Part shown: positions 9,406 through 18,458 of the stretch, one piece after another | How the letters are laid out: the number at the start of each line of letters is the position of its first letter | How positions within the stretch are numbered: the first letter of the stretch is position 1 | Assembly (NCBI GenBank): GCA_035566955.1 | Contig: DATMPY010000203.1 | Location: 687-64,686, forward strand | Direction: 5' to 3' | Length of the DNA stretch: 64,000 nt | Source of the DNA: Solirubrobacteraceae bacterium | GTDB lineage: Bacteria > Actinomycetota > Thermoleophilia > Solirubrobacterales > Solirubrobacteraceae | Notes under the pieces: model-generated | Seen by the model: the letters and a program-made list of their open reading frames with translations, nothing else | What the model was told of the DNA's origin: nothing | Databases searched by the model: none | Program-made: the position numbers and the translations under genes

Positions 9406-10286
9406 CCGCGGGGCCGCCTCCCGGCCCTCCGGGTGGACCGGGTGGCCCCCCGGGTGGGCCGCCCGGGGGGCCACCCGGACCGGCGGTCGTGGTTGACGAG
9501 CAACGCGCCGCCGACTTCGCGTCCCTGTTTCGCCTCGATGGCCGGCGCGTGATCCTCGTTGGGGGATACGGCGGCATCGGCGAGGTCACCACGCGCCTGT
9601 TCGCGGACCGCGGCGCCGAGCTGATGATTGCGGGACGCTCGCGGGAGAAGGCGCAGGCGCTGGCCGAGGAGCTCTCCGGGGCGGGGCACGTTGCGTGCGG
9701 CACGCGCGTGGACATCGCAAGCCGCGAGAGCGCACGCGAGCTGATCGAGCAGGGCAGGCGCGAGCTGGGCGGGGTGGACGTGCTCGTCAACCTCGCCGGG
9801 ATTGACATCGAGGCGCCGGCCGAGCGGTTCGAGGAGGAGGCTTGGCAGTCGCTTCTGGACGTCAACCTCTCGGGTGCGTTCTGGCTCTCGCAGGCGGCAG
9901 GCGAGGCGATGATCGACTCCGGCCGCGGTGGGCGCATCATCCACTACTCGACCACCCGCAGCGTCGCCGGCGCGCGCAAGGGCTTCGCGGGGTATGCCGC
10001 CAGCAAGGCCGGGCTCAACGGGCTCATCCGCCAGCTCGCGACCGAGTGGGGCAAGTACCGCATCACCGTCAACGGGGTCGCGCCGGGGTTCGTCCCCACC
10101 GAGCTCGTGCGCGACGCGGCGGCGGATGATAGGTTCGTCGCGATGATGCTCGGACGGATCCCCTTCGGCCGCTTCGGCGAGCCGGTCGAGCTCGCGGGCG
10201 CGACGCTGTTCCTCGCCTCGCCCGCGGCGAGCTTCATCACCGGGCAGGTGCTGTTTGTCGACGGCGGCGTGACCGCCAGCTCCTAG
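9402..10286 (+). CDS. SDR oxidoreductase with N-terminal Gly/Pro tract
   Basis: GGYGGIG, NLAG, YAASK, VNGVAPG, VDGG. Confidence 0.9.
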   Translation: MTAGPPPGPPGGPGGPPGGPPGGPPGPAVVVDEQRAADFASLFRLDGRRVILVGGYGGIGEVTTRLFADRGAELMIAGRSREKAQALAEELSGAGHVACGTRVDIASRESARELIEQGRRELGGVDVLVNLAGIDIEAPAERFEEEAWQSLLDVNLSGAFWLSQAAGEAMIDSGRGGRIIHYSTTRSVAGARKGFAGYAASKAGLNGLIRQLATEWGKYRITVNGVAPGFVPTELVRDAAADDRFVAMMLGRIPFGRFGEPVELAGATLFLASPAASFITGQVLFVDGGVTASS

Positions 10287-10287
10287 C

Positions 10288-11241
10288 GTGGCTGCGACCG
10301 ACACCGACAAGCAGCGGATCGCGTTCATCGGCCTCGGGGTGATGGGCAACGGCATGGCCTGCCGGCTCGTCGAATCGGGGTACGACGTCGCCGTCTACAA
10401 CCGCACCCGCGCGAAGGCCGACGAAGTCGCCAAGCTCGGCGCCCGTGTGGCCGACACGCCCGCGGACGCGGCGCGCGCGGCCGACGTGGTGATGCTGAGC
10501 CTCGCCAACCAGGACATCGTCGCGCGGATGCTGTTCGACGAGGGCGGGGTGTTCGAGACGCTCGGCGCGGGCGCCTACATCCTCGACATGAGCACCGTCC
10601 CACCCGAGTTTCCGCGAGAGCTCGCGGCGCGCGCGCGCGAGGCGGGCTACCACGCGCTCGACGCGTGCGTGCTCGGCAACCCGATGCACGCCAGGCAGGG
10701 TGAGATGCGGGTCATGGCCGGCGGCGAGGAGCGGGACTTCAAGGCAGTCGAGCCGCTGCTCGAGGTGCTCGGCAAGGAGGTGACGTATCTCGGCGCGAGC
10801 GGCATGGGCGCGACGATGAAGCTGGTTCTGAACATGCTCATGGGGGTCCAGATGCCCGCGCTCGCCGAGGCGGTCGTGTTCGGCGAACGCGCCGGGCTGG
10901 CGCGCGAGCAGGTGCTCGAGATGATCGCCAAGAGCGGTTACAGCTCACCGGTGATGGGCTTCCGCTGCGCGATCATGGGCCAGCGCAACTTCGAGTTCGC
11001 GGCGTTCAAGCTAGGGCTGATGCGCAAGGACATGACGCTCGTGCTCGGCGAGGCGCAGAAGGCGGGAGTGCCGATGCCGGTCACCGAGAGCGCCCACGCG
11101 ATGCTCACCGCCGCCCAGCAGCAGGGGCTTGGCGACCTCGACGTCGCCGCGATGCTCGCCTTCCAGGAGCGGATGTCCGGGGTGCAGGGATATCCCTGGC
11201 CCGGCCGGGATCCGAGCGAGGACGGCGGAGCCGCGACGTGA
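10288..11241 (+). CDS. NAD(P)-dependent beta-hydroxyacid dehydrogenase family oxidoreductase
   Basis: FIGLGVMG, YNRT, DMST, catalytic KLVLN, MRKD. Confidence 0.9.
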   Translation: MAATDTDKQRIAFIGLGVMGNGMACRLVESGYDVAVYNRTRAKADEVAKLGARVADTPADAARAADVVMLSLANQDIVARMLFDEGGVFETLGAGAYILDMSTVPPEFPRELAARAREAGYHALDACVLGNPMHARQGEMRVMAGGEERDFKAVEPLLEVLGKEVTYLGASGMGATMKLVLNMLMGVQMPALAEAVVFGERAGLAREQVLEMIAKSGYSSPVMGFRCAIMGQRNFEFAAFKLGLMRKDMTLVLGEAQKAGVPMPVTESAHAMLTAAQQQGLGDLDVAAMLAFQERMSGVQGYPWPGRDPSEDGGAAT

Positions 11242-11296
11242 TCGTCGAAGATCGTGGTGGCGCCGTTGGGGCCGTCGAGGTCAGCGGAGCCCCGTC

Positions 11297-12304
11297 GTGA
11301 TCATCGACGTCCACGGCCACATCACGCACCCCGAGCTGTTCAAGCGCTACCCGATGCCGCCCGCGCTCGCGGACATCGAGGGCATGCTCGACCGCAAGTC
11401 GCAGGCGGGGATCGGCGTGACGATCGTCGGCAGCCCGGTCGGCTTTGGGACGATGAGCAAGCGCGGGCACGATAACTACGCCCAGTCGGCCGACGAGCTC
11501 AAGTCGTTCCATGAGTGGCTGGCCGAGACCGTGCGCAAGCACTCTCCGCGTCTCGCGGCCTACGCCTACACGAACCCGTTTGGCGGCGAGCAGCTGCTCG
11601 AACAGACCGCGCAGACCGTGAAGGACGGGGGGTTCGTGGGGCTAATCGTCAACACCAGCGTGGCCGGCGAGTATCTCGACTCCCCCCGCGCCGACGCGTT
11701 CTTCGAGATGGCGGCCGAGCTTGGCAAGCCGGTCTTTTTGCACCCCCCCGCTGAGCCCGTCGGCAGTGACAGCATCGAGGACTTCCGGCTGGTCGAGCAG
11801 GTCGGCCGGTTCATGGACGTCACTGTCGGCCTGGCGACGCTTGTGTTCTCAGGCCGCCTGGAGCGCCACCCCGAGCTCGAGATCGTCGCGGCCACCGCGG
11901 GCGGAGCGATCTCGCTGCTGGCGGGGCGCATGGACCAGGCTTACCAGCCTCGCCATTGGGGTGGTGGGGGCCCTCCCGGCGGTGGCCCCCCCGCTGGTGG
12001 GGGTCCTCCTGGCGGCCCACCACCAGGCCCCCCGCCAATGGCCCAATACACCAACAAGATCACCCAGCCCCCGAGCACATACCTGCGGCGCGTGTACGTC
12101 GATACCGCCAACTACTCCAGCGTGCCCAACCACCTCGCCAATCTGGAGTTGATGGGTGCCGATCACATGCTGTTCGGCACCGACTCACCACCCCTTGCGA
12201 CGCCGCTGCAAGACGCGATCTCGATGGTCGACGGCCTGCCGGTCTCAACCGCCGATAAGCAGGGCATCCTGGAGGACAACGCGCGGCGGCTGTTCGGGCT
12301 GTGA
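11297..12304 (+). CDS. amidohydrolase_2 family protein (ACMSD-like, possible aromatic acid decarboxylase)
   Basis: IIDVHGH, PVFLHP, MLFGTDSP, NARRLF; internal GGPP insertion. Confidence 0.85.
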   Translation: MIIDVHGHITHPELFKRYPMPPALADIEGMLDRKSQAGIGVTIVGSPVGFGTMSKRGHDNYAQSADELKSFHEWLAETVRKHSPRLAAYAYTNPFGGEQLLEQTAQTVKDGGFVGLIVNTSVAGEYLDSPRADAFFEMAAELGKPVFLHPPAEPVGSDSIEDFRLVEQVGRFMDVTVGLATLVFSGRLERHPELEIVAATAGGAISLLAGRMDQAYQPRHWGGGGPPGGGPPAGGGPPGGPPPGPPPMAQYTNKITQPPSTYLRRVYVDTANYSSVPNHLANLELMGADHMLFGTDSPPLATPLQDAISMVDGLPVSTADKQGILEDNARRLFGL

Positions 12305-12318
12305 GCGACAGCGCCTGA

Positions 12319-13704
12319 TTACTGCGCGGCGGCGTCGGAGTCGGGGTTCGGCTTGGTTGTTAGCGCATTGGCTGTACCATCGGCCTCCTCATACACCGGC
12401 CACCGGTACTGGCGCTGGCGACGGGCGTTCAGTGCGACGAGCCCACGGATCTCGCCGAGCAGCGCGCGCCGGTCACACCCGGGCCGCGCGAACACCCGTC
12501 CCATCGCGGCGGCGAGGCGCGGCGGAGTGAGGACCTGCGAGGGCTTGCCGCGGTGGCTGAAGAGGTTGATCAACGGCGCCAATTCGCCGCGGGCGAGCAG
12601 CCGCTTGCCGACCTCGGGCAGCGCGGTGGGCGCATTGCCCCCGCTGCCGATGTCGGTCGCCAGCCAGTAATGCCCAATCGCATCGTCGTTGCGCCAACGG
12701 CCCCACTCCACCAGCGCCTCGTCGAGTACCCGATCGGAGCCTTCCAGACCGCGGACGATCGCCGGCACCAGCTTCTCGCCCTGCCTGAACGCGTCCCCGA
12801 TTCCCTGGCCGGCGGCGGGATCCTTGAAGTGGCCAGCGTCGCCGAGGAGCACCCAGCCGGCGCCGGAGGCATCGCGGAAGAAGCCCTGCCAGCGCAGCAT
12901 CCCAAACATTTTCCCCACGCGCCGCGCGCCCGAGAGCGCCTCGGCCACCGGCTGGCAGCTGTGAACATGCTCGATGTAGCTGCCCTCGAGGTCCCCCCGG
13001 TAGCGCGGGAGCTCGCTCAGCTCGGGCATCACCACGACCTGATACAGCCCGCTGTCTGACGGCGACGCAATCACGAACCGCTCACCCCAGCGATGCAGCA
13101 CGAACGCCGGATCGGGGCCCGCCTCGGCTCCCTCGAAGAACGACCAGTAGGCAAACCGCTGGTTCCACACCACGTTATACTTGCGCGCGCCTGCGCTGTT
13201 CGCGACGGTCGAGTTGCGACCGTCTGCACCGACTACCAGGCGCGCCTGCAACGTGCTCTCCGCGCCGTCCTGCTTGACCCGCACGCCGGTCACTCGCGCG
13301 CCGTCTTTCACCAGGCCGGTCACCGTCGCCCCCATGCGCGTCTCCGCGCCAGCCTCGGCCGCGGCTCCGGCGAGGATTGGGTCGAGCACCAGGCGGCGTA
13401 CCGACCTGAGCCCGCCCACGTCGCCGGGCTGCTGGGGCAGTGGCGCCTGGAACTGGAGGTCTTCGATGCGGAGGTTGACCAGCCCCACGCACGGCGCGCC
13501 GGTCGCCTGCAGCTTCTCCGTCACGCCGAGACGCTCCAGGGAGGCGAGCGCCTGGGCCTGGAAGAAGTGAGTGGAGAGTGTGTCGTGCGGAAACTTCGCC
13601 TTCTCTACCACCGCGACGCGCAGACCGCGCCGCGCGAGCAACGCTGCCAGCGGCGAGCCCGCGCAGCGCGCGCCGACTACGACGACGTCAAAGCGCTCAG
13701 CGAT
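12319..13704 (-). CDS. NAD(P)/FAD-dependent oxidoreductase (geranylgeranyl reductase-like); apparent ATC start
   Basis: Reading frame extends upstream of the track's TTG 13641 to (I)AERFDVVVVGARCAG; GADGRNS, LGDAGHFKDP. Confidence 0.85.
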   Translation of the reverse strand: MAERFDVVVVGARCAGSPLAALLARRGLRVAVVEKAKFPHDTLSTHFFQAQALASLERLGVTEKLQATGAPCVGLVNLRIEDLQFQAPLPQQPGDVGGLRSVRRLVLDPILAGAAAEAGAETRMGATVTGLVKDGARVTGVRVKQDGAESTLQARLVVGADGRNSTVANSAGARKYNVVWNQRFAYWSFFEGAEAGPDPAFVLHRWGERFVIASPSDSGLYQVVVMPELSELPRYRGDLEGSYIEHVHSCQPVAEALSGARRVGKMFGMLRWQGFFRDASGAGWVLLGDAGHFKDPAAGQGIGDAFRQGEKLVPAIVRGLEGSDRVLDEALVEWGRWRNDDAIGHYWLATDIGSGGNAPTALPEVGKRLLARGELAPLINLFSHRGKPSQVLTPPRLAAAMGRVFARPGCDRRALLGEIRGLVALNARRQRQYRWPVYEEADGTANALTTKPNPDSDAAAQ

Positions 13705-13764
13705 GCGCGCCCCGCAGAGATCTCCGTGGACCCCACGAGCTGCCTGCGGGACGTCCGGACATCT

Positions 13765-15558
13765 CTACGCAGGCGGCCCGCCGACGCCCGGGGGTGGGCC
13801 GCCGACGCCCGGTGGAGGCCCACCCGCAAACGCAAGCGAGGAGTCCCACAGGCCGTCGATCCCGACAACCATCTCGCGCGCCTGTGCGATCGTTATGCCG
13901 GGCGCCTCGAACAGGCCGTCCTGCTCCCACCGCCCAGGATCGAGGCTCAGGGCGTAGGGGTTGATCGGCCGATTGGTCGGGGGTCCCTCCGGCAACGCCT
14001 GCGCCGCCTGGTTGAAGATCGCAACCGCCATCGCCTCCGAGTTGCGCACGTTGGTGCGCAACTCCTCGAGCAGCGACTCATCGTCGGGGTACTCCTTGAC
14101 GAGGCCGACCAGCCCTCCGATCAGTACCGGGAACGTCGCCAGCATGTCCGGGTCGCGTGGCTTGTGCTCGAGCTCGTGCCATTCACGAAACAGCTTGTGC
14201 ATGTTGATGTTCAGCTTGAATAGGCGATCCATGTACTCATCGGCACGCCTCATGAAGTCGAGGTCGGTGAACCTGTTCTGGGTGAACAAAAGCACGTTGC
14301 CGGTGTGGTTGGAGTAGAAATCCCAGGTCAACAGACCGCACATCACCCAGGGATTGCCGAACACCGGGTAGGAGTCGCGGTAGCGGGAGATGACATGCGC
14401 GAAGAGACGCTGGTATAGGTCGTTGTAATAGTCGATGCGCTCGTCGATCTTCTCGCCGTTCAAATCGCGAGTCACCAGATCGGCGGTAAAGGTGTTGCTG
14501 TAGCCGATGAAGTCCGAGCCGGGCGAGTAGAAGGGGTCGGCGAACGCTCCCGCCTCTCCCACCAGCGCCCAGCGATCGGTCGAGAACATCTGCTTGACCC
14601 CATACGCGAAATCTTTGACACGGAGAAAGTCTTCGATGTCCTGCGGGCGCTCTTCGATCGCGGCGGCGAGTTGGGGCTCGTGCCCCCGCAGCCAGCCGAG
14701 CAGACCATCGAGCTCGTTGATCTCCTCGTATGGGTGAAAGCGGGGGTCGGCGCACACGCCAATGCTGATCGGCCCCGAGGAGAGCGGGATCAGCCACACC
14801 CAGTAGCCCTCGCCCATCAGGTGATTGGTACTGAACTGGCGGATACCCGGCTTGGACATCCGCGCCATCCACTCCGGGTCATCGGCGCCCCACTGCTCGA
14901 AGTCGAGCCCGCCTCCGAGGCGCAGCCACGCGGAGTTGATGTGGTGCCCGCAGTCGGCCATCAGGTCGAGCTTGCGCTTGAGGATGCTGGCGCGGCCCGC
15001 GGCGTCCACGACCCAGCGGGCGCTGAGCGTCGCCTCCTGGTCGAACTGCTCGAACGTTACGCGGTGGGAGTTGCTGTCGAGATCGACCTCCCTGACGCGC
15101 GCGCCCTGCTGCAGGTCCACGCCGAGCGCCCGGGCGCGCGCGGCGAGCTTGTTCTCGAACAGGCCCCGGTCGAGCTGGAAGTTGTCGTGCGGCGGGTAGA
15201 TCGGGGGCCCGGCCTCGACCCGCTTGGTGATGTCCTCGTTGCCGTCCGCGGGCGGGAAGTAGCGCAGCCCGCACTTGACCAGCTGTTCGGAGAGCAGGTG
15301 GTCGTGCATCCCCACGACCTCGGAGAAGTAGTGCGCGCCAGAGGGGACGGTCGACTCCCCGACCTTGAACGCCGCCAGCGGCGCCGGGCCCTCGCGCTTC
15401 TCCAGCACGACCACCGCCGTCTCGGGCCGCATCTGCTTGAGCTGGATCGCCAGCGTGAGACCCGCCAGCCCGCCCCCGAGAATCGCCACGTCGTAGTGCT
15501 TGGCGGGGGGGCGAATCGCCCCAATCTCTACGATGGACTCGCCTCGTTCGACGCTCAC
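13765..15558 (-). CDS. flavin-dependent halogenase-like enzyme
   Basis: GGGLAG, KVGES, candidate catalytic Lys in LVKCGLRY, WVWLIP (WxWxIP signature), GEAGAFADPFYSPG. Confidence 0.8.
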   Translation of the reverse strand: MSVERGESIVEIGAIRPPAKHYDVAILGGGLAGLTLAIQLKQMRPETAVVVLEKREGPAPLAAFKVGESTVPSGAHYFSEVVGMHDHLLSEQLVKCGLRYFPPADGNEDITKRVEAGPPIYPPHDNFQLDRGLFENKLAARARALGVDLQQGARVREVDLDSNSHRVTFEQFDQEATLSARWVVDAAGRASILKRKLDLMADCGHHINSAWLRLGGGLDFEQWGADDPEWMARMSKPGIRQFSTNHLMGEGYWVWLIPLSSGPISIGVCADPRFHPYEEINELDGLLGWLRGHEPQLAAAIEERPQDIEDFLRVKDFAYGVKQMFSTDRWALVGEAGAFADPFYSPGSDFIGYSNTFTADLVTRDLNGEKIDERIDYYNDLYQRLFAHVISRYRDSYPVFGNPWVMCGLLTWDFYSNHTGNVLLFTQNRFTDLDFMRRADEYMDRLFKLNINMHKLFREWHELEHKPRDPDMLATFPVLIGGLVGLVKEYPDDESLLEELRTNVRNSEAMAVAIFNQAAQALPEGPPTNRPINPYALSLDPGRWEQDGLFEAPGITIAQAREMVVGIDGLWDSSLAFAGGPPPGVGGPPPGVGGPPA

Positions 15559-15570
15559 GGAGTCCGCATC

Positions 15571-15870
15571 CTATACGACCGCGCCGTCGCGCACGTGGAA
15601 GCTCGACCGGCTGGCCTGGGCGAAGCAGGCTCGCAGCGGCGCCAGCAGACGGGCGTGATCTTCCGAGGCGTTCCAGGCGTTCGAGAGCTCGACGCTCTCC
15701 CACTCGCTGAGCACCAGCCAGCGCTCGCTATCTTCGCTTGACTCGCACAGCTGATGGGCGATCAGCCCCGGCTCCTGTGTGACCCGCCCGCGCAGGGCGG
15801 CATAGGCACTCAATAGCTCGTCGCGGGACCCCGGCTTGATACGGACGTCGACGACGAGCCTGACGCTCAT
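15571..15870 (-). CDS. antibiotic biosynthesis monooxygenase family protein
   Basis: PGLIAHQLCES...WLVLSEWES...H; ATGA coupling with the upstream cyclase. Confidence 0.85.
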   Translation of the reverse strand: MSVRLVVDVRIKPGSRDELLSAYAALRGRVTQEPGLIAHQLCESSEDSERWLVLSEWESVELSNAWNASEDHARLLAPLRACFAQASRSSFHVRDGAVV

Positions 15871-16211
15871 GCCTCGGCCGGTGGGGCGGGTGGGTCCCAA
15901 CTGTAAAACTCCCGCGCCTGGGCGTCCTTTGGCGAGCGCCACGTCTCGGGGTTGTAAGGGGTGATGTAGGGATCGAGCTGGGCGCTGATCTCCTTGAACA
16001 GATCGTGGTTGCGCACCTTCTCGACGGCGTCGGCGAACTCGTCGTCGGTCTCCACCAGGTGGATGTAGATGTCGTCGAGCACGAACAGGCTGCGGTGCCG
16101 GACACCGGTTATCCGCGGCAGCTCGGTCTCGTCGGACTCGGCGAAGATCCGCGCTACCTCCTCCTCGGCACCGGGCTTGATACGGGCGACGATCACACCT
16201 CGCTTGATGAT
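15867..16211 (-). CDS. TcmI-family polyketide cyclase (WhiE ORF VII-like); apparent ATC start
   Basis: IVARIKPGAEEEVARIFAESDETELP...GVRHRSLF...PETWRSPKDAQAREFYSW; AAAGGAGG RBS precedes ATC ATC. Confidence 0.9.
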   Translation of the reverse strand: MIKRGVIVARIKPGAEEEVARIFAESDETELPRITGVRHRSLFVLDDIYIHLVETDDEFADAVEKVRNHDLFKEISAQLDPYITPYNPETWRSPKDAQAREFYSWDPPAPPAEA

Positions 16212-16275
16212 GGCCTGCCTCCTTTCACCCGGTTGCTCAGCGGCCGAAGCATATATTGTCCACGCGCGAGCCGCC
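16212..16275. promoter_or_regulatory. compact divergent promoter region
   Basis: 64 bp between divergent genes; AT-rich CATATATTG core in GC-rich DNA, TATATT on +; RBS for the minus-strand gene. Confidence 0.5.
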
Positions 16276-17043
16276 ATGTCCCGCAGACGACTACTGATCA
16301 TCTCCCGCCATCAGGCAAAGCTGCTGCTCGGCAACCCGGGGGCGCTCGTGATCTTCGTGATCATCCCGCTGCTGACGATGGTGATCATGAAGACGACGCA
16401 GAAGGCGGCGCTGCTCGGGGCCGGCTACCACCACGTCAACGGGGCCGAGCAGGCTGTGCCGGGGTTCACGGTGATGTTCGCGTTCTTCTGGCTGGTGTTC
16501 GTCGGACGCACGTTCTTCGCCGAGCACGCCTGGGGCACATGGGACCGCCTGCAGATGATGGCCAGCACACCCGAGGTCATCGTCGGCAAGCTGCTGCCCT
16601 CATTCATCGTGATCAACGTCCAGATGATCATGCTGTTCGCGATCGGGGACCTCGTGCTCGGCATGAACTCGAAGGGATCGCTGGCGACGCTCGTAATCCT
16701 CGCGCCGGCGCTGTCGATCTGCGTGCTGGCACTCACGTTTGCGCTCGTCTCGTTCTGCCAGACAATGACCCAGCTGGACGCGTCCTCCAACCTGCTGATG
16801 CTGGTCTTCGCCTCGCTTGGCGGAGCGCTCGCCCTGACCACCGCGCTGCCCGGGTGGGCGCAGAGCATCGCGCCCGCGATCCCCAGCCACTGGGCGATGC
16901 AGGCCTCGACCGACGTGATCCTCAAGGGCGACGGGTTCGGCTCGGTGCTCGGATCCGTGGCTGTGCTGCTGGCGTTCGCCGCCGGCTTCATGGCGCTCGC
17001 GGCGCTCCGCTTCCGTCCGACCGATCGCAAGCTGGTCGCATGA
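16276..17043 (+). CDS. ABC-2 type exporter permease
   Basis: Six hydrophobic segments, EHAWGTWDRL, LPGWAQSIA..IPSHWA. Confidence 0.88.
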   Translation: MSRRRLLIISRHQAKLLLGNPGALVIFVIIPLLTMVIMKTTQKAALLGAGYHHVNGAEQAVPGFTVMFAFFWLVFVGRTFFAEHAWGTWDRLQMMASTPEVIVGKLLPSFIVINVQMIMLFAIGDLVLGMNSKGSLATLVILAPALSICVLALTFALVSFCQTMTQLDASSNLLMLVFASLGGALALTTALPGWAQSIAPAIPSHWAMQASTDVILKGDGFGSVLGSVAVLLAFAAGFMALAALRFRPTDRKLVA

Positions 17044-18440
17044 GCGTCGGCGAGGTACTGCGCGTGATCGCCGGGCCGGCGAACGGCACCGACATCCCGC
17101 TTGGGCACAGCGTCCCGATCGGGCGCGCCGTGCAGGGGCCGGGCGCCCTCGGCGGCGACGAGGAGCTCTCCCGCAACCACGCGTGCATCGCGCTGCTCGA
17201 CGACGGTGGCTATTCGCTCGAGGATCTCGGCTCGACCAACGGCACCTACCTGAACGGTTGGCGGATCCCTGCCTCGCAGCTGCTCAGCCCAGGCGATCGC
17301 ATCCAGGTTGGGCAGACGGTACTCGAGGTTGTGCTGGCACCCGACCCGCAGCGAACCGTCATGCGCCGGCGCCCGGTGATCCTGGCCGACTCCCCCGACG
17401 CGGAGGAGCTGCGCACCCCGCGGTCGAAGGCGACCCTCTATGCGAGTGGCGTGCGCAAGTCCTACGGAGAGCTCGAGGTCCTCAAAGGGGTCGACCTCGA
17501 GATCGAGCCGGGCGAGATCGCTGGGCTGCTCGGCCACAACGGGGCCGGCAAGACGACGTTCGTCTCGTGCGTGGCCGGGCTGCGGCGTGCCGACTCCGGC
17601 ACGATCCTCGTCAACGGCGTCGACGCGACCACCGATCCGCTGCAGGCGCGCCATCACCTGGGCATCGCTCCGCAGGATCTCGGCATCTATCCGACGCTCT
17701 CGGTTCGGGGCAACCTCGAGCTGTTCGCCGAGCTCGGTGGGCTGCGGGGGCGCGAGGTTGCAAAGCGCGTCGAGGAGGTGGGGGAGGCCCTCAGCCTCAC
17801 GCCCAAGTTCGATGCGCACGCCGGCACGCTCTCCGGCGGCCAGCAGCGGCGTCTACACACCGGCATGGCGATCGTCTGCAAGCCGCCGCTGTTGATCCTC
17901 GACGAGCCGACCGTCGGTGCCGACATCCGCACTCGCCAGGAGATTCTCGATCTCGTCAAAGGGCTCGCCGAGGAGGGGCACGCGGTCTGCTACTCGACCC
18001 ACTACCTCCCCGAGATCGAGCAGCTAGGTGCCTCGGTGGCGCTGCTTCAGGGCGGCGCGATCATCGCCCGCGGATCGATCGCCGAGCTCGTCTCCATGTA
18101 CTCCACACAGGTCGTCGAGCTCACGTTCGATGGGCCGGCGCCCGAGATCACGGTTCGCGGAGGTGAGGCCGTGTGCGACGGCTCGCTGCTGCGCATCTCG
18201 ACCGACAACGCCGCGGCGATGGCCGCCGCCGCGCTCGGCCAGCTCGGCGGCAACGCGATGCGTCTGCGCAACATCGAGCTGGTCCGCCCCAGCCTCGACA
18301 GCATCTACCTGACCCTCACCGAACAGCGCTATTCCAGCGGCGAGCCGGCCGTTCGAGGCGACGCGGACGGCGATGGCGCACCTCAGATCATGTCGCGGGC
18401 GGCACTGCAGAACTCTGGGTTGAACTTCAGGCGCCCGTAG
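17040..18440 (+). CDS. FHA domain-ABC exporter ATPase (DrrA-like) fusion
   Basis: FHA: IGR...LSRNHA...LEDLGSTNGTYLNG; NBD: GHNGAGKTT, LSGGQ, ILDEPT, STH. Confidence 0.9.
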   Translation: MSVGEVLRVIAGPANGTDIPLGHSVPIGRAVQGPGALGGDEELSRNHACIALLDDGGYSLEDLGSTNGTYLNGWRIPASQLLSPGDRIQVGQTVLEVVLAPDPQRTVMRRRPVILADSPDAEELRTPRSKATLYASGVRKSYGELEVLKGVDLEIEPGEIAGLLGHNGAGKTTFVSCVAGLRRADSGTILVNGVDATTDPLQARHHLGIAPQDLGIYPTLSVRGNLELFAELGGLRGREVAKRVEEVGEALSLTPKFDAHAGTLSGGQQRRLHTGMAIVCKPPLLILDEPTVGADIRTRQEILDLVKGLAEEGHAVCYSTHYLPEIEQLGASVALLQGGAIIARGSIAELVSMYSTQVVELTFDGPAPEITVRGGEAVCDGSLLRISTDNAAAMAAAALGQLGGNAMRLRNIELVRPSLDSIYLTLTEQRYSSGEPAVRGDADGDGAPQIMSRAALQNSGLNFRRP

Positions 18441-18458
18441 GGCCGGGTCAGGCTCAGG

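Noticed and set aside
9411-9482. Collagen-like repeat or G-quadruplex DNA element
   Set aside because: Lacks strict Gly-X-Y periodicity; the G/C runs are explained by in-frame Gly/Pro codons.
10288-11241. Imine reductase (GLGxMG motif)
   Set aside because: Retains the catalytic Lys (KLVLN) of beta-hydroxyacid dehydrogenases.
16005-17039. 811-aa version of the ABC ATPase, and similar long N-terminal extensions (5333-7153, 46857-49202, 49141-51360, 52149-54515)
   Set aside because: The extensions overlap other real genes; downstream coupled or leaderless starts fit better.
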